DNA of 64,000 nt. Source: Vicinamibacterales bacterium. Its GTDB lineage: Bacteria; Acidobacteriota; Vicinamibacteria; Vicinamibacterales; UBA8438. Made by a program: the position numbers and the translations under genes. The stretch is taken from NCBI GenBank assembly GCA_965243615.1, contig CBDEVO010000003.1:3674471-3738470 (forward strand). The letters run 5' to 3'. The notes beneath the pieces were generated by a model, which worked only from the letters and a program-made list of their open reading frames with translations, had not been told where the DNA came from and did no database searches. This document shows, one piece after another, positions 31,141 through 41,220 of the stretch; positions within the stretch are counted from its first letter, which is position 1; each line of letters opens with the position of its first letter.

Positions 31141-32258
31141 TTCGACACGAGCTGGAGGCTCGCGAGGCCGAGTACCTCGCGCCGTACGCGTCGCGAAGCC
31201 GGGAGTCGAAGGGGCGGCTCCGGGCCGAGCCCGAGGACCCGATCCGGCCCGCGTTCCAGCGCGACCGCGACCGCATCCTGCACAGCAAGGCGTTCCGCCG
31301 GCTCAAGCACAAGACCCAGGTGTTCTTCTCGCCGGCCGGCGACCACTACCGGACGCGCCTCACCCACACCCTCGAGGTCGCCCAGATCGCGCGTACGGTG
31401 TCCAAAGTGCTCGGCCTGAACGAGGACCTGACCGAGGCCATCGCCCTCGGCCACGATCTGGGCCACACCCCGTTCGGCCACGCCGGCGAAGCCGTCCTGG
31501 GCCGGCTGATGCCGGGGGGGTTCAACCACTACGGGCACAGCCTGCGGATCGTCGACGTCCTCGAGAGGGACCACCGCGGCCTCAACCTGACGTGGGAGGT
31601 GCGGAACGGGATCGCGAAGCACTCGAAGGGCAGGGACGGCGCGCCCCTCGGCATGGAGCCGCCCCGCCGCGCGGCGACCCTCGAAGGGCAGGTGGCGCGG
31701 GTCGCGGACATGATCGCCTACGTGAACCACGACATCGACGACGCGGTCCGCGCGGGGGTGCTCGACACGTCCGATCTGCCCGCGGCACCCCTGGAGCGGC
31801 TCGGCCGGACCTCGTCCGAGCGCATCGGGGCGCTGGTATCCGACGTGGTGACCGCGACGCGGGCCACGAGGCCCGACATCGAGCTCCGCATGAGCGCACC
31901 GGTCCTCGAAGCGCTGACGGCGTTGCGGGCGTTCCTGTTCGAGGCGGTGTACGAGAACCGGGTGGCGACGGCCGAGATGGCCAAGGCCTCCGGGATCATC
32001 GGCGGGCTCTGGGAGCGGGTGCGTCGGGCGCCCGAGGCGTTCCTCGACCCCCGCACGCTGGAATCGGACGGGGTCGATGCGGCGGCGCGGGACTTCATTG
32101 CGGGAATGACGGACCGCTTCGCCGTGCACCTGTACAAGCGCCTGTTCATCCCCCGGCCCTGGGTGCCGGGGGACGGCCGGAGGGACGGGGGGCCGGACGG
32201 TTCGGGGCGGGGAGATTTTCCCCCTTTGGATGTAACGGGAAGGAAACCTTGGTTATAA
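31137..32258 (+). CDS. dGTP triphosphohydrolase-like HD-domain phosphohydrolase
   Basis: FQRDRDRILHSKAFRRLKHKTQVF, RTRLTHTLEVAQIAR, GHDLGHTPFGHAGE, AYVNHDIDDA; ATGA overlap with miaA. Confidence 0.85.
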   Translation: MIRHELEAREAEYLAPYASRSRESKGRLRAEPEDPIRPAFQRDRDRILHSKAFRRLKHKTQVFFSPAGDHYRTRLTHTLEVAQIARTVSKVLGLNEDLTEAIALGHDLGHTPFGHAGEAVLGRLMPGGFNHYGHSLRIVDVLERDHRGLNLTWEVRNGIAKHSKGRDGAPLGMEPPRRAATLEGQVARVADMIAYVNHDIDDAVRAGVLDTSDLPAAPLERLGRTSSERIGALVSDVVTATRATRPDIELRMSAPVLEALTALRAFLFEAVYENRVATAEMAKASGIIGGLWERVRRAPEAFLDPRTLESDGVDAAARDFIAGMTDRFAVHLYKRLFIPRPWVPGDGRRDGGPDGSGRGDFPPLDVTGRKPWL

Positions 32259-32899
32259 TGCTGGATTCGTCCGGCGCCCGGTCCGTGAGCCGGTCACCAC
32301 CGTGGTCGGAGTCGATGGAGATGGAGCCGAGGGCGATCGGGGCGGGGGAAGCGGCAACCTCCGCGTACCTCGATCTGCGGGCCATCGAGGGACCGCGGAC
32401 CGATGTCCGTCGGCGGTTCCCGGCCGGGTCGCTGACCCCGGACGGGGGCCGGCAGTATCGGGTGCCGGGGGTCGTCTCCCTCGATCTGCTGGTTTCGAAG
32501 GGAGGAAGCGACTATCGGCTGTCGGGTCGGATCCAGGGCGAGCTGGAGCTCGACTGCGGCCGCTGTCTGGAGCCCTTCCGGCTCGATGCCGGGATCGACG
32601 TGGACCTCCTGTATCTGCCGGCCGCCGAGAACCGCGGGGACGGCGAGGTTCGCATCGAGGAAGAGGACCTGAGCACCGCGTTCTACCGGGACGAGCAGAT
32701 CGACCTGAGGCACCTCGTTCAGGAGCAGTTCCAGCTCGCGTTGCCCATGAAGCCGTTGTGCCGCACGGAGTGCCGGGGGCTCTGCGTGGTGTGCGGGGGC
32801 AACCGGAACACGGCGCCCTGTCAATGCGCCGACGAGTGGAAGGACCCCAGGCTGGCGGGGCTGAAGCGGCTCCTGGAGCACGGGGAGTCCGCGCCGTAG
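32258..32899 (+). CDS. yceD: YceD/DUF177 family protein
   Basis: DCGRCLEPF.., EQFQLALPMKPLCR.EC.GLC..CG.N.N...C.C; directly upstream of rpmF as in many bacteria. ATG 32258 overlaps the dgt-like stop (TAATG); alternative start ATG 32315. Confidence 0.8.
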   Translation: MLDSSGARSVSRSPPWSESMEMEPRAIGAGEAATSAYLDLRAIEGPRTDVRRRFPAGSLTPDGGRQYRVPGVVSLDLLVSKGGSDYRLSGRIQGELELDCGRCLEPFRLDAGIDVDLLYLPAAENRGDGEVRIEEEDLSTAFYRDEQIDLRHLVQEQFQLALPMKPLCRTECRGLCVVCGGNRNTAPCQCADEWKDPRLAGLKRLLEHGESAP

Positions 32900-32921
32900 A
32901 CGGCGCCGACTCGAGAATCAC

Positions 32922-33104
32922 ATGGCCAATCCAAAGCGACGTCATTCCAAGTCACGCACGGCGAAACGCCGCACGCACCAGAACCTGGGCCCGGTCCAGT
33001 TGGGCGAGTGCCCGCAGTGCCACGAGCGGAGGCCGCCGCATCAGGTGTGCCCGTACTGCGGCTACTACCGCGGCCGCCAGGTGCGGCCGGTCAAGGAGGC
33101 CTGA
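32922..33104 (+). CDS. rpmF: 50S ribosomal protein L32
   Basis: MANPKRRHSKSRTAKRRTH...CP.C......H..CP.CG.Y.G. Confidence 0.95.
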   Translation: MANPKRRHSKSRTAKRRTHQNLGPVQLGECPQCHERRPPHQVCPYCGYYRGRQVRPVKEA

Positions 33105-33154
33105 GCCGGCCCGCCTCGCGGTCGCGGTCGTTCGCCCGTTGTCGAAACCAGTCG

Positions 33155-34084
33155 ATGATCGCTTTCGTATTTCCGGGCCAGGGTTCGCAGCACGTGGGTA
33201 TGGGGCAGGCGCTCGCCGCGGGGCTCCCCGAGTGCCGCGAGACGTTCGAGCAGGCCGACGCCGCGCTCGGGGTCGGCATCAGCGGGCTCTGTTTCGAGGG
33301 CCCGGCCGAGCGGCTCGTGCTGACCGAGCATACCCAGCCGGCGATGCTCACCGTCTCGACGGCGGCGGCGCGCGCGTTGGTGAACCGGGGCGTGCGGCCC
33401 GGCTGGCTGGCCGGCCACAGCCTCGGCGAGTACTCCGCGCACGTGGCGGCGGGCACGCTCTCGTTCGGCGACGCGGTGCGCACGGTCTGCAACCGGGGCC
33501 GCTACATGCAGGAGGCGGTGCCGGTGGGCGACGGGGCCATGGCGGCGGTGATGGGGCTGGATGCGCCGCTGGTGGAGCAGGCGTGCCGCGAGGCGGCGGG
33601 GGAGCAGGTGGTGAGCGCCGCCAACCTCAACGCCCCGGGTCAGGTCGTCATCGCCGGCGCGGCCGAGGCGGTGCGGCGGGCGGGTGACCGGGCCAGGGCG
33701 CTCGGCGCGAGACGCGTTCGCGCCCTGCCGGTCAGCGCCCCCTTTCACTGCGCGCTGATGCGGCCGGCCCAGGATCGGCTCGAACGGGACCTGCGGGCGC
33801 TCGTGGTCTCCGACCCGGCCGTCCCGGTGGTGGCCAACCTGGACGCGGAGCCGAAGCGTGACGCCGCCGCCGCGGTCTCCGCCCTCGTGGACCAGGTGAC
33901 GGCGCCGGTCCGGTGGGAGCAGGTCGTCCGGCGCCTTGCGTCGGAAGGGGTCGACACGTATGTTGAGGTGGGTCCGGGCACCGTGTTGAGCGGCCTCATC
34001 AAGCGGATCGACGGGGGCGCGCGCCTGTTGTCGGTCGCGGATCCGGACGGCGTCGATCGGGCGGTGGCGGCCCTGGCGGCGTGA
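33155..34084 (+). CDS. fabD: Malonyl-CoA:ACP transacylase
   Basis: FVFPGQGSQ..GMG, TQPA., active-site GHSLGEYSA, NLNAPGQVVIAG. Confidence 0.9.
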   Translation: MIAFVFPGQGSQHVGMGQALAAGLPECRETFEQADAALGVGISGLCFEGPAERLVLTEHTQPAMLTVSTAAARALVNRGVRPGWLAGHSLGEYSAHVAAGTLSFGDAVRTVCNRGRYMQEAVPVGDGAMAAVMGLDAPLVEQACREAAGEQVVSAANLNAPGQVVIAGAAEAVRRAGDRARALGARRVRALPVSAPFHCALMRPAQDRLERDLRALVVSDPAVPVVANLDAEPKRDAAAAVSALVDQVTAPVRWEQVVRRLASEGVDTYVEVGPGTVLSGLIKRIDGGARLLSVADPDGVDRAVAALAA

Positions 34085-34839
34085 CCGGTAGCGCCATGTC
34101 CGGCCCCCTCGCGGATCGGGTCGCCATCGTGACCGGCGCCTCGCGCGGCATCGGCCGCGCGGCGGCGCGGCGGCTCGCGGCGGCCGGGGCGGTGGTGGTG
34201 GCGGCGGCGCGCGGCGACCATGCCGAGGCGGTCGCGGGGGAGATCCGCGGCGCCGGCGGCCGGTCGGTCGCGGTGAGCGCCGACGTCACCGACCCGCGGC
34301 GCATCGACGCCATGGTCCGGACCGCGCTCGACGAGTACGGCCGCGTCGACGTGCTGGTCAACAACGCGGGCATCGTGCGCGATCGGCTCGCGCTGCGGAT
34401 GTCCGCGGCCGACTGGGACGCGGTGCTCGCCACGAACCTGACGGCGGCGTTCAACTGTGCTCGCGCGGTGTTGCGGCCCATGATCAGGCAACGCGGCGGC
34501 CGCATCATCAACGTGGGCTCGGTGGTAGGTCGGATGGGCAACCCCGGGCAGGCCAACTACGCGGCGTCCAAGGCGGGTCTGGAGGGGTTCTCGAGGGCGC
34601 TGGCGCGGGAGGTCGCCTCGCGCGGGATCACCGTGAACGTGGTGGCCCCCGGCATGATCGACACCGACATGACGGCAGAGCTCGACGAGTCGGCGCAGGC
34701 GGCGATGCTCGCGCAGATACCGATGGGCCGGCTGGGGACGACCGAGGACGTCGCGGGCGCCATCGGCTTTCTGGCGTCCGACGAGGCCGCGTACGTGACG
34801 GGGCACGTGCTCGCGGTGAACGGTGGAATGTACATGTAG
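34081..34839 (+). CDS. fabG: 3-oxoacyl-ACP reductase
   Basis: VAIVTGASRGIG, NNAGI, YAASKAG..GF...LA.E.ASRGITVN.VAPG.I.TDM. Start is GTG 34081 (GTGA overlap) or ATG 34096. Confidence 0.9.
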   Translation: MTGSAMSGPLADRVAIVTGASRGIGRAAARRLAAAGAVVVAAARGDHAEAVAGEIRGAGGRSVAVSADVTDPRRIDAMVRTALDEYGRVDVLVNNAGIVRDRLALRMSAADWDAVLATNLTAAFNCARAVLRPMIRQRGGRIINVGSVVGRMGNPGQANYAASKAGLEGFSRALAREVASRGITVNVVAPGMIDTDMTAELDESAQAAMLAQIPMGRLGTTEDVAGAIGFLASDEAAYVTGHVLAVNGGMYM

Positions 34840-34850
34840 GAGGCGAGTGA

Positions 34851-35090
34851 ATGGCGGTTGCTGAAAAAGTGAAGGGCATCATCGTGGAGCAGCTCGGTGT
34901 CGACGAGGAAGAGGTGACGTCCGATGCGTCGTTCGTGGACGATCTCGGGGCCGACTCGCTCGACACGGTGGAGCTCGTGATGGCGTTCGAAGAAGAGTTC
35001 GGCCTCGAGATTCCCGACGAGGACGCGGAGAAGATCACCCGCGTCAAGGAGGCCGTCGAGTACATCGAGGCGCACTCGAAGAAGAAGTAG
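34851..35090 (+). CDS. acpP: Acyl carrier protein
   Basis: [30 protein letters not shown]. Confidence 0.95.
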   Translation: MAVAEKVKGIIVEQLGVDEEEVTSDASFVDDLGADSLDTVELVMAFEEEFGLEIPDEDAEKITRVKEAVEYIEAHSKKK

Positions 35091-35106
35091 GGCGGCCCGG
35101 ACGGGA

Positions 35107-36363
35107 GTGACTGTGAGCAGGCGGGTTGTGGTGACGGGCGTCGGCCTCGTGTCGCCGCTCGGTATCGGAACGTCGGCGACCTGGGAAGCGCTGTGCGAGG
35201 GCCGGAGCGGTATCGGCCCGATCACGAAGTTCGACGCTTCCGGCTATGCGGCGCGCATCGCCGGCGAGGTGCAGGACTTCGATCCGCTCGCCTTCATCTC
35301 CAGGAAGGACGTCAAGAAGATGGACGTCTTCATCCAGTACGCCATCGCCGCCGCGGACTTTGCGCGCGCCGATGCGCAACTGGAGGTGACGCCGGACGTC
35401 GCGCCCCGCGTGGGCGTGTACATCGCGTCCGGCATCGGCGGGTTCAGCACCATCGAGCGCGAGCATCACGCGCTGATCAAGGGCGGACCGCGCAAGATCT
35501 CGCCGTTCTTCATCCCCGCCGCGATCATCAACCTGGCCGCCGGTCAGGTCTCCATCCGCCTCGGCGCGAAGGGACCCAACTCGGCGACCTGCACCGCCTG
35601 CTCGGCGTCGGCGCATGCCGTCGGCGACGCCTTCGAGACGATCCTGCGGGGCGATGCGGACGTCATGGTCGCGGGCGGGTCCGAGGCGGCGATCACCCCG
35701 ATGGGCGTCGGCGGGTTCGCGGCGATGCGCGCCCTGTCGACCCGCAACGACGAGCCGACCCGCGCCTGCCGTCCCTTCGACCGCGAACGCGACGGGTTCA
35801 TCATCGGCGAGGGCGCCGGCGTCGTCATCCTCGAGGAGCGCGAGCGGGCCCTGGCGCGCGGGGCGCCGGTGTACGCGGAGCTCGTCGGCTACGGCATGTC
35901 CGCGGACGCGCATCACGTCACCGCCCCCGCCGAGGACGGGGACGGCGCCTTCCGCGTGATGAAGGCGGCGGTCGAGCAGGCGGGCATCGCGCCGGAGGCG
36001 GTCGACTACATCAATGCGCACGGGACCTCCACGCCGTTCAACGACCGCATCGAGACGCTGGCCATCAAGCGGTGCTTCGGGGACCATGCCCGCCGTCTCG
36101 CGGTCTCGTCGACGAAGTCGATGACCGGCCACCTGCTCGGGGCGGCGGGCGGGGTCGAGGCCGGGATCATGGCGTTGACGGTGCGCGAGCAGATCCTCCC
36201 GCCGACCATCAACCTCGAGAACCCCGACCCCGACTGCGACCTCGACTACGTCCCCAACGTGAAGCGGTCGGCGACGCTCGAGTACGGCCTGTCGAACTCG
36301 TTCGGGTTCGGCGGGACCAACGCCTCCCTGCTGTTTCGACGCCACCATGAGTCTGCGCCGTAG
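35107..36363 (+). CDS. fabF: 3-oxoacyl-ACP synthase II
   Basis: RRVVVTGVGLVSPLG, active-site ATCTACSAS, NAHGTSTP.ND, S.KSMTGH.LGAAG, SNSFGFGGTN. Confidence 0.9.
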   Translation: MTVSRRVVVTGVGLVSPLGIGTSATWEALCEGRSGIGPITKFDASGYAARIAGEVQDFDPLAFISRKDVKKMDVFIQYAIAAADFARADAQLEVTPDVAPRVGVYIASGIGGFSTIEREHHALIKGGPRKISPFFIPAAIINLAAGQVSIRLGAKGPNSATCTACSASAHAVGDAFETILRGDADVMVAGGSEAAITPMGVGGFAAMRALSTRNDEPTRACRPFDRERDGFIIGEGAGVVILEERERALARGAPVYAELVGYGMSADAHHVTAPAEDGDGAFRVMKAAVEQAGIAPEAVDYINAHGTSTPFNDRIETLAIKRCFGDHARRLAVSSTKSMTGHLLGAAGGVEAGIMALTVREQILPPTINLENPDPDCDLDYVPNVKRSATLEYGLSNSFGFGGTNASLLFRRHHESAP

Positions 36364-36493
36364 AACGGTGCCGCCTCCGGGGGAGGCGCAGGCTCACTGG
36401 AGGGCTGGTTGGCCCGCCAAGCGGAGCCGAAGGCGACGATGGCCGGGCCATGCATGACGCGGCGGACCGGGGCCGCGCGATGACGAGGAAGGA

Positions 36494-37255
36494 ATGAAGA
36501 TCGCCGTCTGCGTGAAGCAGGTCGTGACTCGCGAGTGGCCGTTGCGCGTCGACGAGGCCCGCACCTGGGTCCAGGATCGGGACGCCAGCTTCGAGATGAA
36601 CGAGCCCGACGCCTACGCCCTCGAGGAGGCCCTGCGCCTGAAGGAGCGGCACGGCGGCGAGGTCGTGGTCTGCTCGGCCGGGCCCGCGCGGGCCGCCCAG
36701 GTGGTCCGGGAGGCGCTGGCCCGCGGCGCCGACCGGGCGATACGGGTCGAGGGCGACGGCCTCGCCGCCGCCGACGCGTCCATGGTCGCCGGGGCCCTTG
36801 CCGCCGCCATCCGCGACGAGGGGTTCGACCTTGTGCTGACCGGCCTGCAGTCGGACGACCAGGGGTTCGCCCAGACGGGGGTCGTCCTCGCCGAGCTGCT
36901 CGGCATCCCCCACGCCACCATCATCATGGAGGTGCAGGTTGCCGATGGGCGCCTGCGGGTGAAGCGCGAGCTCGAAGGCGGGTGGTTCCAGTGGGTCTCG
37001 ATGCCCACGCCGGCGCTCCTGACGATTCAGAGCGGTATCAACCAGCTTCGCTACGCCACCCTCAAGGGCATCATGGCCGCGAAGCGGAAGGAGGTCCGCG
37101 TGGTCGAGGCGGCCGCCGATCTCGCGCCGGGTCAGGAGATTCTCGAGATTCGGGTGCCCGAGAAGACCAAGCAGACGCGGATGATCGACGGATCCCCGGC
37201 CGACGCGGCGGCGGAGCTGGTCAAGGCGCTGCGGGAAGAAGCGCGGGTGATCTGA
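36494..37255 (+). CDS. etfB: Electron transfer flavoprotein beta subunit
   Basis: MKIAVCVKQV...., N..D..ALEEALRLKE, DLVL.G.QS.D, LRYA.L.GIM.AKRK. Confidence 0.85.
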   Translation: MKIAVCVKQVVTREWPLRVDEARTWVQDRDASFEMNEPDAYALEEALRLKERHGGEVVVCSAGPARAAQVVREALARGADRAIRVEGDGLAAADASMVAGALAAAIRDEGFDLVLTGLQSDDQGFAQTGVVLAELLGIPHATIIMEVQVADGRLRVKRELEGGWFQWVSMPTPALLTIQSGINQLRYATLKGIMAAKRKEVRVVEAAADLAPGQEILEIRVPEKTKQTRMIDGSPADAAAELVKALREEARVI

Positions 37256-37278
37256 CCCCGCGAAGTGAGCGTGCGGAC

Positions 37279-38238
37279 ATGGTGCTGGTTATCGCGGAGC
37301 AACGAGACGGCGTCCTGAACAACGCGAGCTGGGAGGCGCTGGTCGCCGCCCAGCAGGTCGGCCAACCGGTGCGCGTCGCCGTCGCCGGCGGGGAGCCGGG
37401 CGCGGTGGCGGCCGAGCTGGCCGCGGCCGAGGTCGAGTCGGTCCTCGCCGTCGGCCATCCCGAGCTCGGGTCGTACACCCCCGACGGCTTCGTGGCCGCG
37501 TTCGCGGCGGTGGTGGCCGACGCCGCTCCCGACCTGGTCTTCCTGGCCCATACCTATCAGACCCGCGAGTTCGCCCCGAGGCTCGCGGCCCGGCTCCGCC
37601 GGTCGCTGGTCGCCGACTGCGTCGGCATCAGGCCGCGGGACGGCCGCCTCGCGTTCGTGCGTCCGATGTTCCAGGGGAAGTTCGTGGCCGACGTCGCGCC
37701 CACCGGCCCCGCGCCGCACTTCGTCAGCTTCCAGATCGGCGCATTCCGGCCCGACGCGCTGAAGCGGGGACCGGCCCCGGCGCCGGTCGCCGGGTTCCCG
37801 CTGACCCTGGAGTCCGGCACCATACGGCAGTCGGTGGAGGCCCCGTTCCAGGAGGCGAAGCAGGCCGTCGACCTCACGCAGGCCGATCGCATCGTCGCCG
37901 TCGGACGCGGCATCAAGGCCCGGGAGCACATCGACCTCGTCGAGTCCCTCGCGGCCGCCCTCGGGGCCGAGGTCGCGGCGTCGCGGCCCATCTGCGATTC
38001 CGGCTGGCTGCCGATGGACCGCCAGATCGGCAGCTCGGGCCAGACCGTCGCCCCCAAGCTCTATCTCGCCCTGGGCATCTCCGGCGCCATCCAGCACCTG
38101 GTGGGCATGAAGGGCTCACGCACCATCGTGGCCGTGAACAAGGACGCCGAGGCGCCCATCTTCGAAGTTGCCGACTACGGCATCGTCGGTGACCTCTTCG
38201 ACGTCGTGCCCGCGATAATCGCCGCCCTCGACGCCTGA
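37279..38238 (+). CDS. etfA: Electron transfer flavoprotein alpha subunit
   Basis: [18 protein letters not shown]......I.L...LA.ALGA.V.ASRP..D.GW.P...[21 protein letters not shown]. Confidence 0.85.
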   Translation: MVLVIAEQRDGVLNNASWEALVAAQQVGQPVRVAVAGGEPGAVAAELAAAEVESVLAVGHPELGSYTPDGFVAAFAAVVADAAPDLVFLAHTYQTREFAPRLAARLRRSLVADCVGIRPRDGRLAFVRPMFQGKFVADVAPTGPAPHFVSFQIGAFRPDALKRGPAPAPVAGFPLTLESGTIRQSVEAPFQEAKQAVDLTQADRIVAVGRGIKAREHIDLVESLAAALGAEVAASRPICDSGWLPMDRQIGSSGQTVAPKLYLALGISGAIQHLVGMKGSRTIVAVNKDAEAPIFEVADYGIVGDLFDVVPAIIAALDA

Positions 38239-39902
38239 TGGAACGCGAAACCCTCGACGTCGACGTCCTGATCGTCGGCGGTGGTCCGGCCGGCATGTCG
38301 GCCGCCATCCGACTTGCCGCCCTCCAGCGGCAGGAGGGCGGCGAGCCCCTCGCCGTCGCGGTCCTCGAGAAGTCTCGCCAGAGCGGCTCGCACATGCTGT
38401 CGGGGGCGGTGCTCGACCCGTCGGGCCTCGACGCCCTGCTGCCGGACTGGAAGGAGCGGGGGGCGCCGGTCGAGACGCCGGTGCGGGAGGACCGCATCTA
38501 CTACCTGACCGCGAAGTCGCGGCTCCGGGCGCCGATTACCCCGCCGCCCCTGCGCAACCACGGGAACTACGTCATCTCCCTCAACCGCTTCGTCCGGTGG
38601 CTCGCCGAGCAGGCGGAGGCGGAGGGCGTCGACATCTTCACGGGGTTCGCGGGAACGGAGGTGCTGCACGACGGCGATCGGGTGGTCGGGGTGAGGACCG
38701 GCGACCGCGGCGTCGACAAGGAGGGCCGGCCGAAGGGGGCCTTCGAGCCGGGGGTCGACATCAGGGCCGCCGTCACCATCTTCGCCGACGGCGTCCGGGG
38801 CAACCTCACCAAGAGCCTCGTCCGCCGGCACGGGCTCGACACCGGATCGCCGCAGACGTACGCCATCGGCATCAAGGAGCTCTGGCAGGTTCCGCCGGAG
38901 CGGGAGGCGCCGGGCACCGTCGTTCACACGCTCGGATACCCGCTGCGGCACGAGGAGTTCGGCGGCGGCTTCATCTACGTGCTGCCGGAGGGGCGCGTCG
39001 CGATCGGGCTGGTGGTGGGGCTCGACTACCGGGATCCGCGCTTCGATCCCCACATGGCGTTCCAGCGGTTCAAGCAGCATCCCCTCGTGGCCGGCCTGCT
39101 CGCGGGCGGAGAGATGACCCGCTACGGTGCCAAGGCGCTGCCGGAGGGCGGCTGGTACGCCATTCCGCGGTGCCACCTCCACGGGGCCCTGATCGTCGGC
39201 GACGCCGCCGGGTTCCTCAACTCCATGCGGCTGAAGGGCATCCACCTCGCGATGCACAGCGGCATCCACGCCGCCGACGCCGCCTTCGCGGCGGTGCGGG
39301 CCGGCGACGTGTCGGCCGCGCAGCTCGTCAGGTATCGGGAGCTCATCAACCACGGCGGCATCCGAAGAGAGCTCTACCCGGTCCGCAACGTGCACCAGGC
39401 GTTCGGGGCGGGACTGGCGGCGGGAACCGCCTACGCGGGGCTGGCTTGGCTGACGGGCGGCCGGTGGCCGGCGCGGCCGCTGGCGAGCGAGCCCGGCCAC
39501 GAGCGGCTGGCGTCGCTGTCGGACTACTATCCCGGCGGCCCCGCCGACCCCGATACCCCGAGCAACGCCGTCAAGGTGGACCGCGCGCTGACCTTCGACA
39601 AGCTCACCAACGTGCACTACTCCGGGACCCGCCACGAGGAGGACCAGCCGGCCCATCTGCTGGTGCGGGACACCGATGTCTGCCGCACCCGCTGCCGCGA
39701 GGAGTACGGCAACCCGTGCGTGCGCTTCTGTCCCGCCAACGTCTACGAGATGGTCGACGACGGGACGGGCAACGGCCGCCGGTTGCAGATCAACGCCTCG
39801 AACTGCGTCCACTGCAAGACCTGCGACATCATGGACCCCTACCAGATCATCGACTGGGTGCCCCCGGAGGGCGGCGGCGGACCCGAGTACGAAGGGATGT
39901 AG
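38238..39902 (+). CDS. Electron transfer flavoprotein-ubiquinone oxidoreductase
   Basis: FAD motif VLIVGGGPAGMSAA; C-terminal 4Fe-4S region CP..VYE........LQINA.NCVHCKTCDI.DP.Q.I.W..PEGG.GP.Y; TGATG overlap with etfA. Confidence 0.85.
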   Translation: MERETLDVDVLIVGGGPAGMSAAIRLAALQRQEGGEPLAVAVLEKSRQSGSHMLSGAVLDPSGLDALLPDWKERGAPVETPVREDRIYYLTAKSRLRAPITPPPLRNHGNYVISLNRFVRWLAEQAEAEGVDIFTGFAGTEVLHDGDRVVGVRTGDRGVDKEGRPKGAFEPGVDIRAAVTIFADGVRGNLTKSLVRRHGLDTGSPQTYAIGIKELWQVPPEREAPGTVVHTLGYPLRHEEFGGGFIYVLPEGRVAIGLVVGLDYRDPRFDPHMAFQRFKQHPLVAGLLAGGEMTRYGAKALPEGGWYAIPRCHLHGALIVGDAAGFLNSMRLKGIHLAMHSGIHAADAAFAAVRAGDVSAAQLVRYRELINHGGIRRELYPVRNVHQAFGAGLAAGTAYAGLAWLTGGRWPARPLASEPGHERLASLSDYYPGGPADPDTPSNAVKVDRALTFDKLTNVHYSGTRHEEDQPAHLLVRDTDVCRTRCREEYGNPCVRFCPANVYEMVDDGTGNGRRLQINASNCVHCKTCDIMDPYQIIDWVPPEGGGGPEYEGM

Positions 39903-39903
39903 C

Positions 39904-40593
39904 GTGGGCGCAGGCCCGGGCGCGGCCTCCACCTCCCTCACGGCCTGGCAGCTCGCGCAGGCCCGGGCCATCGCCGGGGTCGGCGCCCCCCTCATCGGGC
40001 TGCTCTGCCGCACCCTCCGCTGGCGCGTCGAGGGCATGGAGCACTACGACGCCATCGCGGCGCGCGGCCGCGAGCCCATCTTCGCGTTCTGGCACGGGCG
40101 CATTCTGCCCGCGACGTACTTCTGGCGCGGTCGCGGCATCGTGGTCATGACCAGCCGGAACTTCGACGGCGAGTGGATCGCCCGCATCATCCGTCGCTTC
40201 GGCTACGGCACCGCCCGCGGCTCGACCTCCCGCGGCGCCCGGCGCGCCCTGATCCAGCTCAAGCGCGACGTCGCGGCGGGGCGCCCCGCCGCGTTCACCG
40301 TCGACGGCCCGCGAGGGCCGGCGCGCCGCGTGCAGCCCGGCGCGGTGTGGCTCGCCGGGGTGACCGGCAGTCCCATCCTGCCCTTCCACATCGAGGCCGA
40401 GCGTCACTGGTCGGCGTCGAGCTGGGACCGGACCCAGATTCCCCGGCCGTTCAGCTCGATGGCGGTGGCCATCGGGGCCCCGTTCGACGTGCCCGACCCC
40501 TCGGAGGACGGCGTGGTCGAGGCGCATCGGGCCGCCCTCGAGCAGTTGCTCGCGTCGCTGGCCGACCGGGCGGCGGAGATGCTGCGCGGGTAG
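39904..40593 (+). CDS. DUF374-type lysophospholipid acyltransferase-family protein
   Basis: FAFWHGRILP, MTSRNFDGEWIARIIRRFGYGTARGSTSRGARRAL, FTVDGPRGP; GTG start 2 nt after the previous stop. Confidence 0.7.
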   Translation: MGAGPGAASTSLTAWQLAQARAIAGVGAPLIGLLCRTLRWRVEGMEHYDAIAARGREPIFAFWHGRILPATYFWRGRGIVVMTSRNFDGEWIARIIRRFGYGTARGSTSRGARRALIQLKRDVAAGRPAAFTVDGPRGPARRVQPGAVWLAGVTGSPILPFHIEAERHWSASSWDRTQIPRPFSSMAVAIGAPFDVPDPSEDGVVEAHRAALEQLLASLADRAAEMLRG

Positions 40594-40633
40594 GGGCGCC
40601 GGCGCATCGCCGTGGCCGCTTGATCGGCGGCCT

Positions 40634-40924
40634 TCAACCGCGCGGATCGTCTGGAGGTTGGGCGCCGTGCCAGACCGCGACGACCCAGACGATCGGATCC
40701 CGGATCCGGTAGAAGAAGCGGTAGGGATTCAGGATGACCTCGCGATAGGGCAGATCCGGCAACTCGGGCACGGTGCGGCCCGATTCGGGGAAGCGCTCCA
40801 GTCTGCGCAAGGCTGCTTCCGCGCGCTGCCGGAACGTTGCCGCGGCAACGGGGCTCTCGCCGCGGATGTAGGAGATTGCGTCCAGGAACTGCCGGCGTCC
40901 CGAAGGGGTGAAACGGACCGTCAC
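40634..40924 (-). CDS. ParE/RelE-family type II toxin
   Basis: About 96 aa; F.P.GRR.F......I......AA..F........L..L..FPESGR.VPE......RE.I...YR..YR; 4-nt overlap with the upstream antitoxin gene. Confidence 0.8.
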   Translation of the reverse strand: MTVRFTPSGRRQFLDAISYIRGESPVAAATFRQRAEAALRRLERFPESGRTVPELPDLPYREVILNPYRFFYRIRDPIVWVVAVWHGAQPPDDPRG

Positions 40925-41202
40925 TGCCGATCGGCCGCGAGGGCGGTGTCCGCTTCGGCCAGCACGTCCTCCAGGTCGTGTCCGGCGCCGGCCATGACCT
41001 CCTGCTCGCCGCGCACCAGGAGGCGCAGCAGCTCGCGTTCCCGCTCGGCACGCTCATAGGCCGCCACGCTGAGCATGACCGCCGCGCTACGCCCGCGCTG
41101 GGTCACCACCAACGGTTGCGCAGACGACTGCAAGCGGTTCAGCACTGCGGCAGTGTCCTGGCGCAGGTCCTTCACGGGGATGATCTCCGGTATCCGGGCC
41201 AC
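40921..41202 (-). CDS. Phd/YefM-family antitoxin
   Basis: PVKDLRQDTAAVLNRLQSSAQPLVVTQRGRSAAVMLSVAAYE; GTG start with GGAGA upstream. Confidence 0.8.
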   Translation of the reverse strand: MARIPEIIPVKDLRQDTAAVLNRLQSSAQPLVVTQRGRSAAVMLSVAAYERAERERELLRLLVRGEQEVMAGAGHDLEDVLAEADTALAADRQ

Positions 41203-41220
41203 GAGTCGTCTCCAACGCTA

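Noticed and set aside
32254-32259. Perfect TATAAT hexamer upstream of yceD
   Set aside because: It is formed by the overlapping stop/start TA-TAA-TG of dgt-like/yceD. No acceptable -35 lies at 16-18 nt (the nearest, TTGGAT, is 22 nt away). Probably not a promoter.
36370-36392. Hairpin CGCCTCC-GGG-GGAGGCG after fabF as an intrinsic terminator
   Set aside because: A 7-bp stem with a 3-nt loop and no downstream U-tract. It cannot be distinguished from chance GC-rich self-complementarity.
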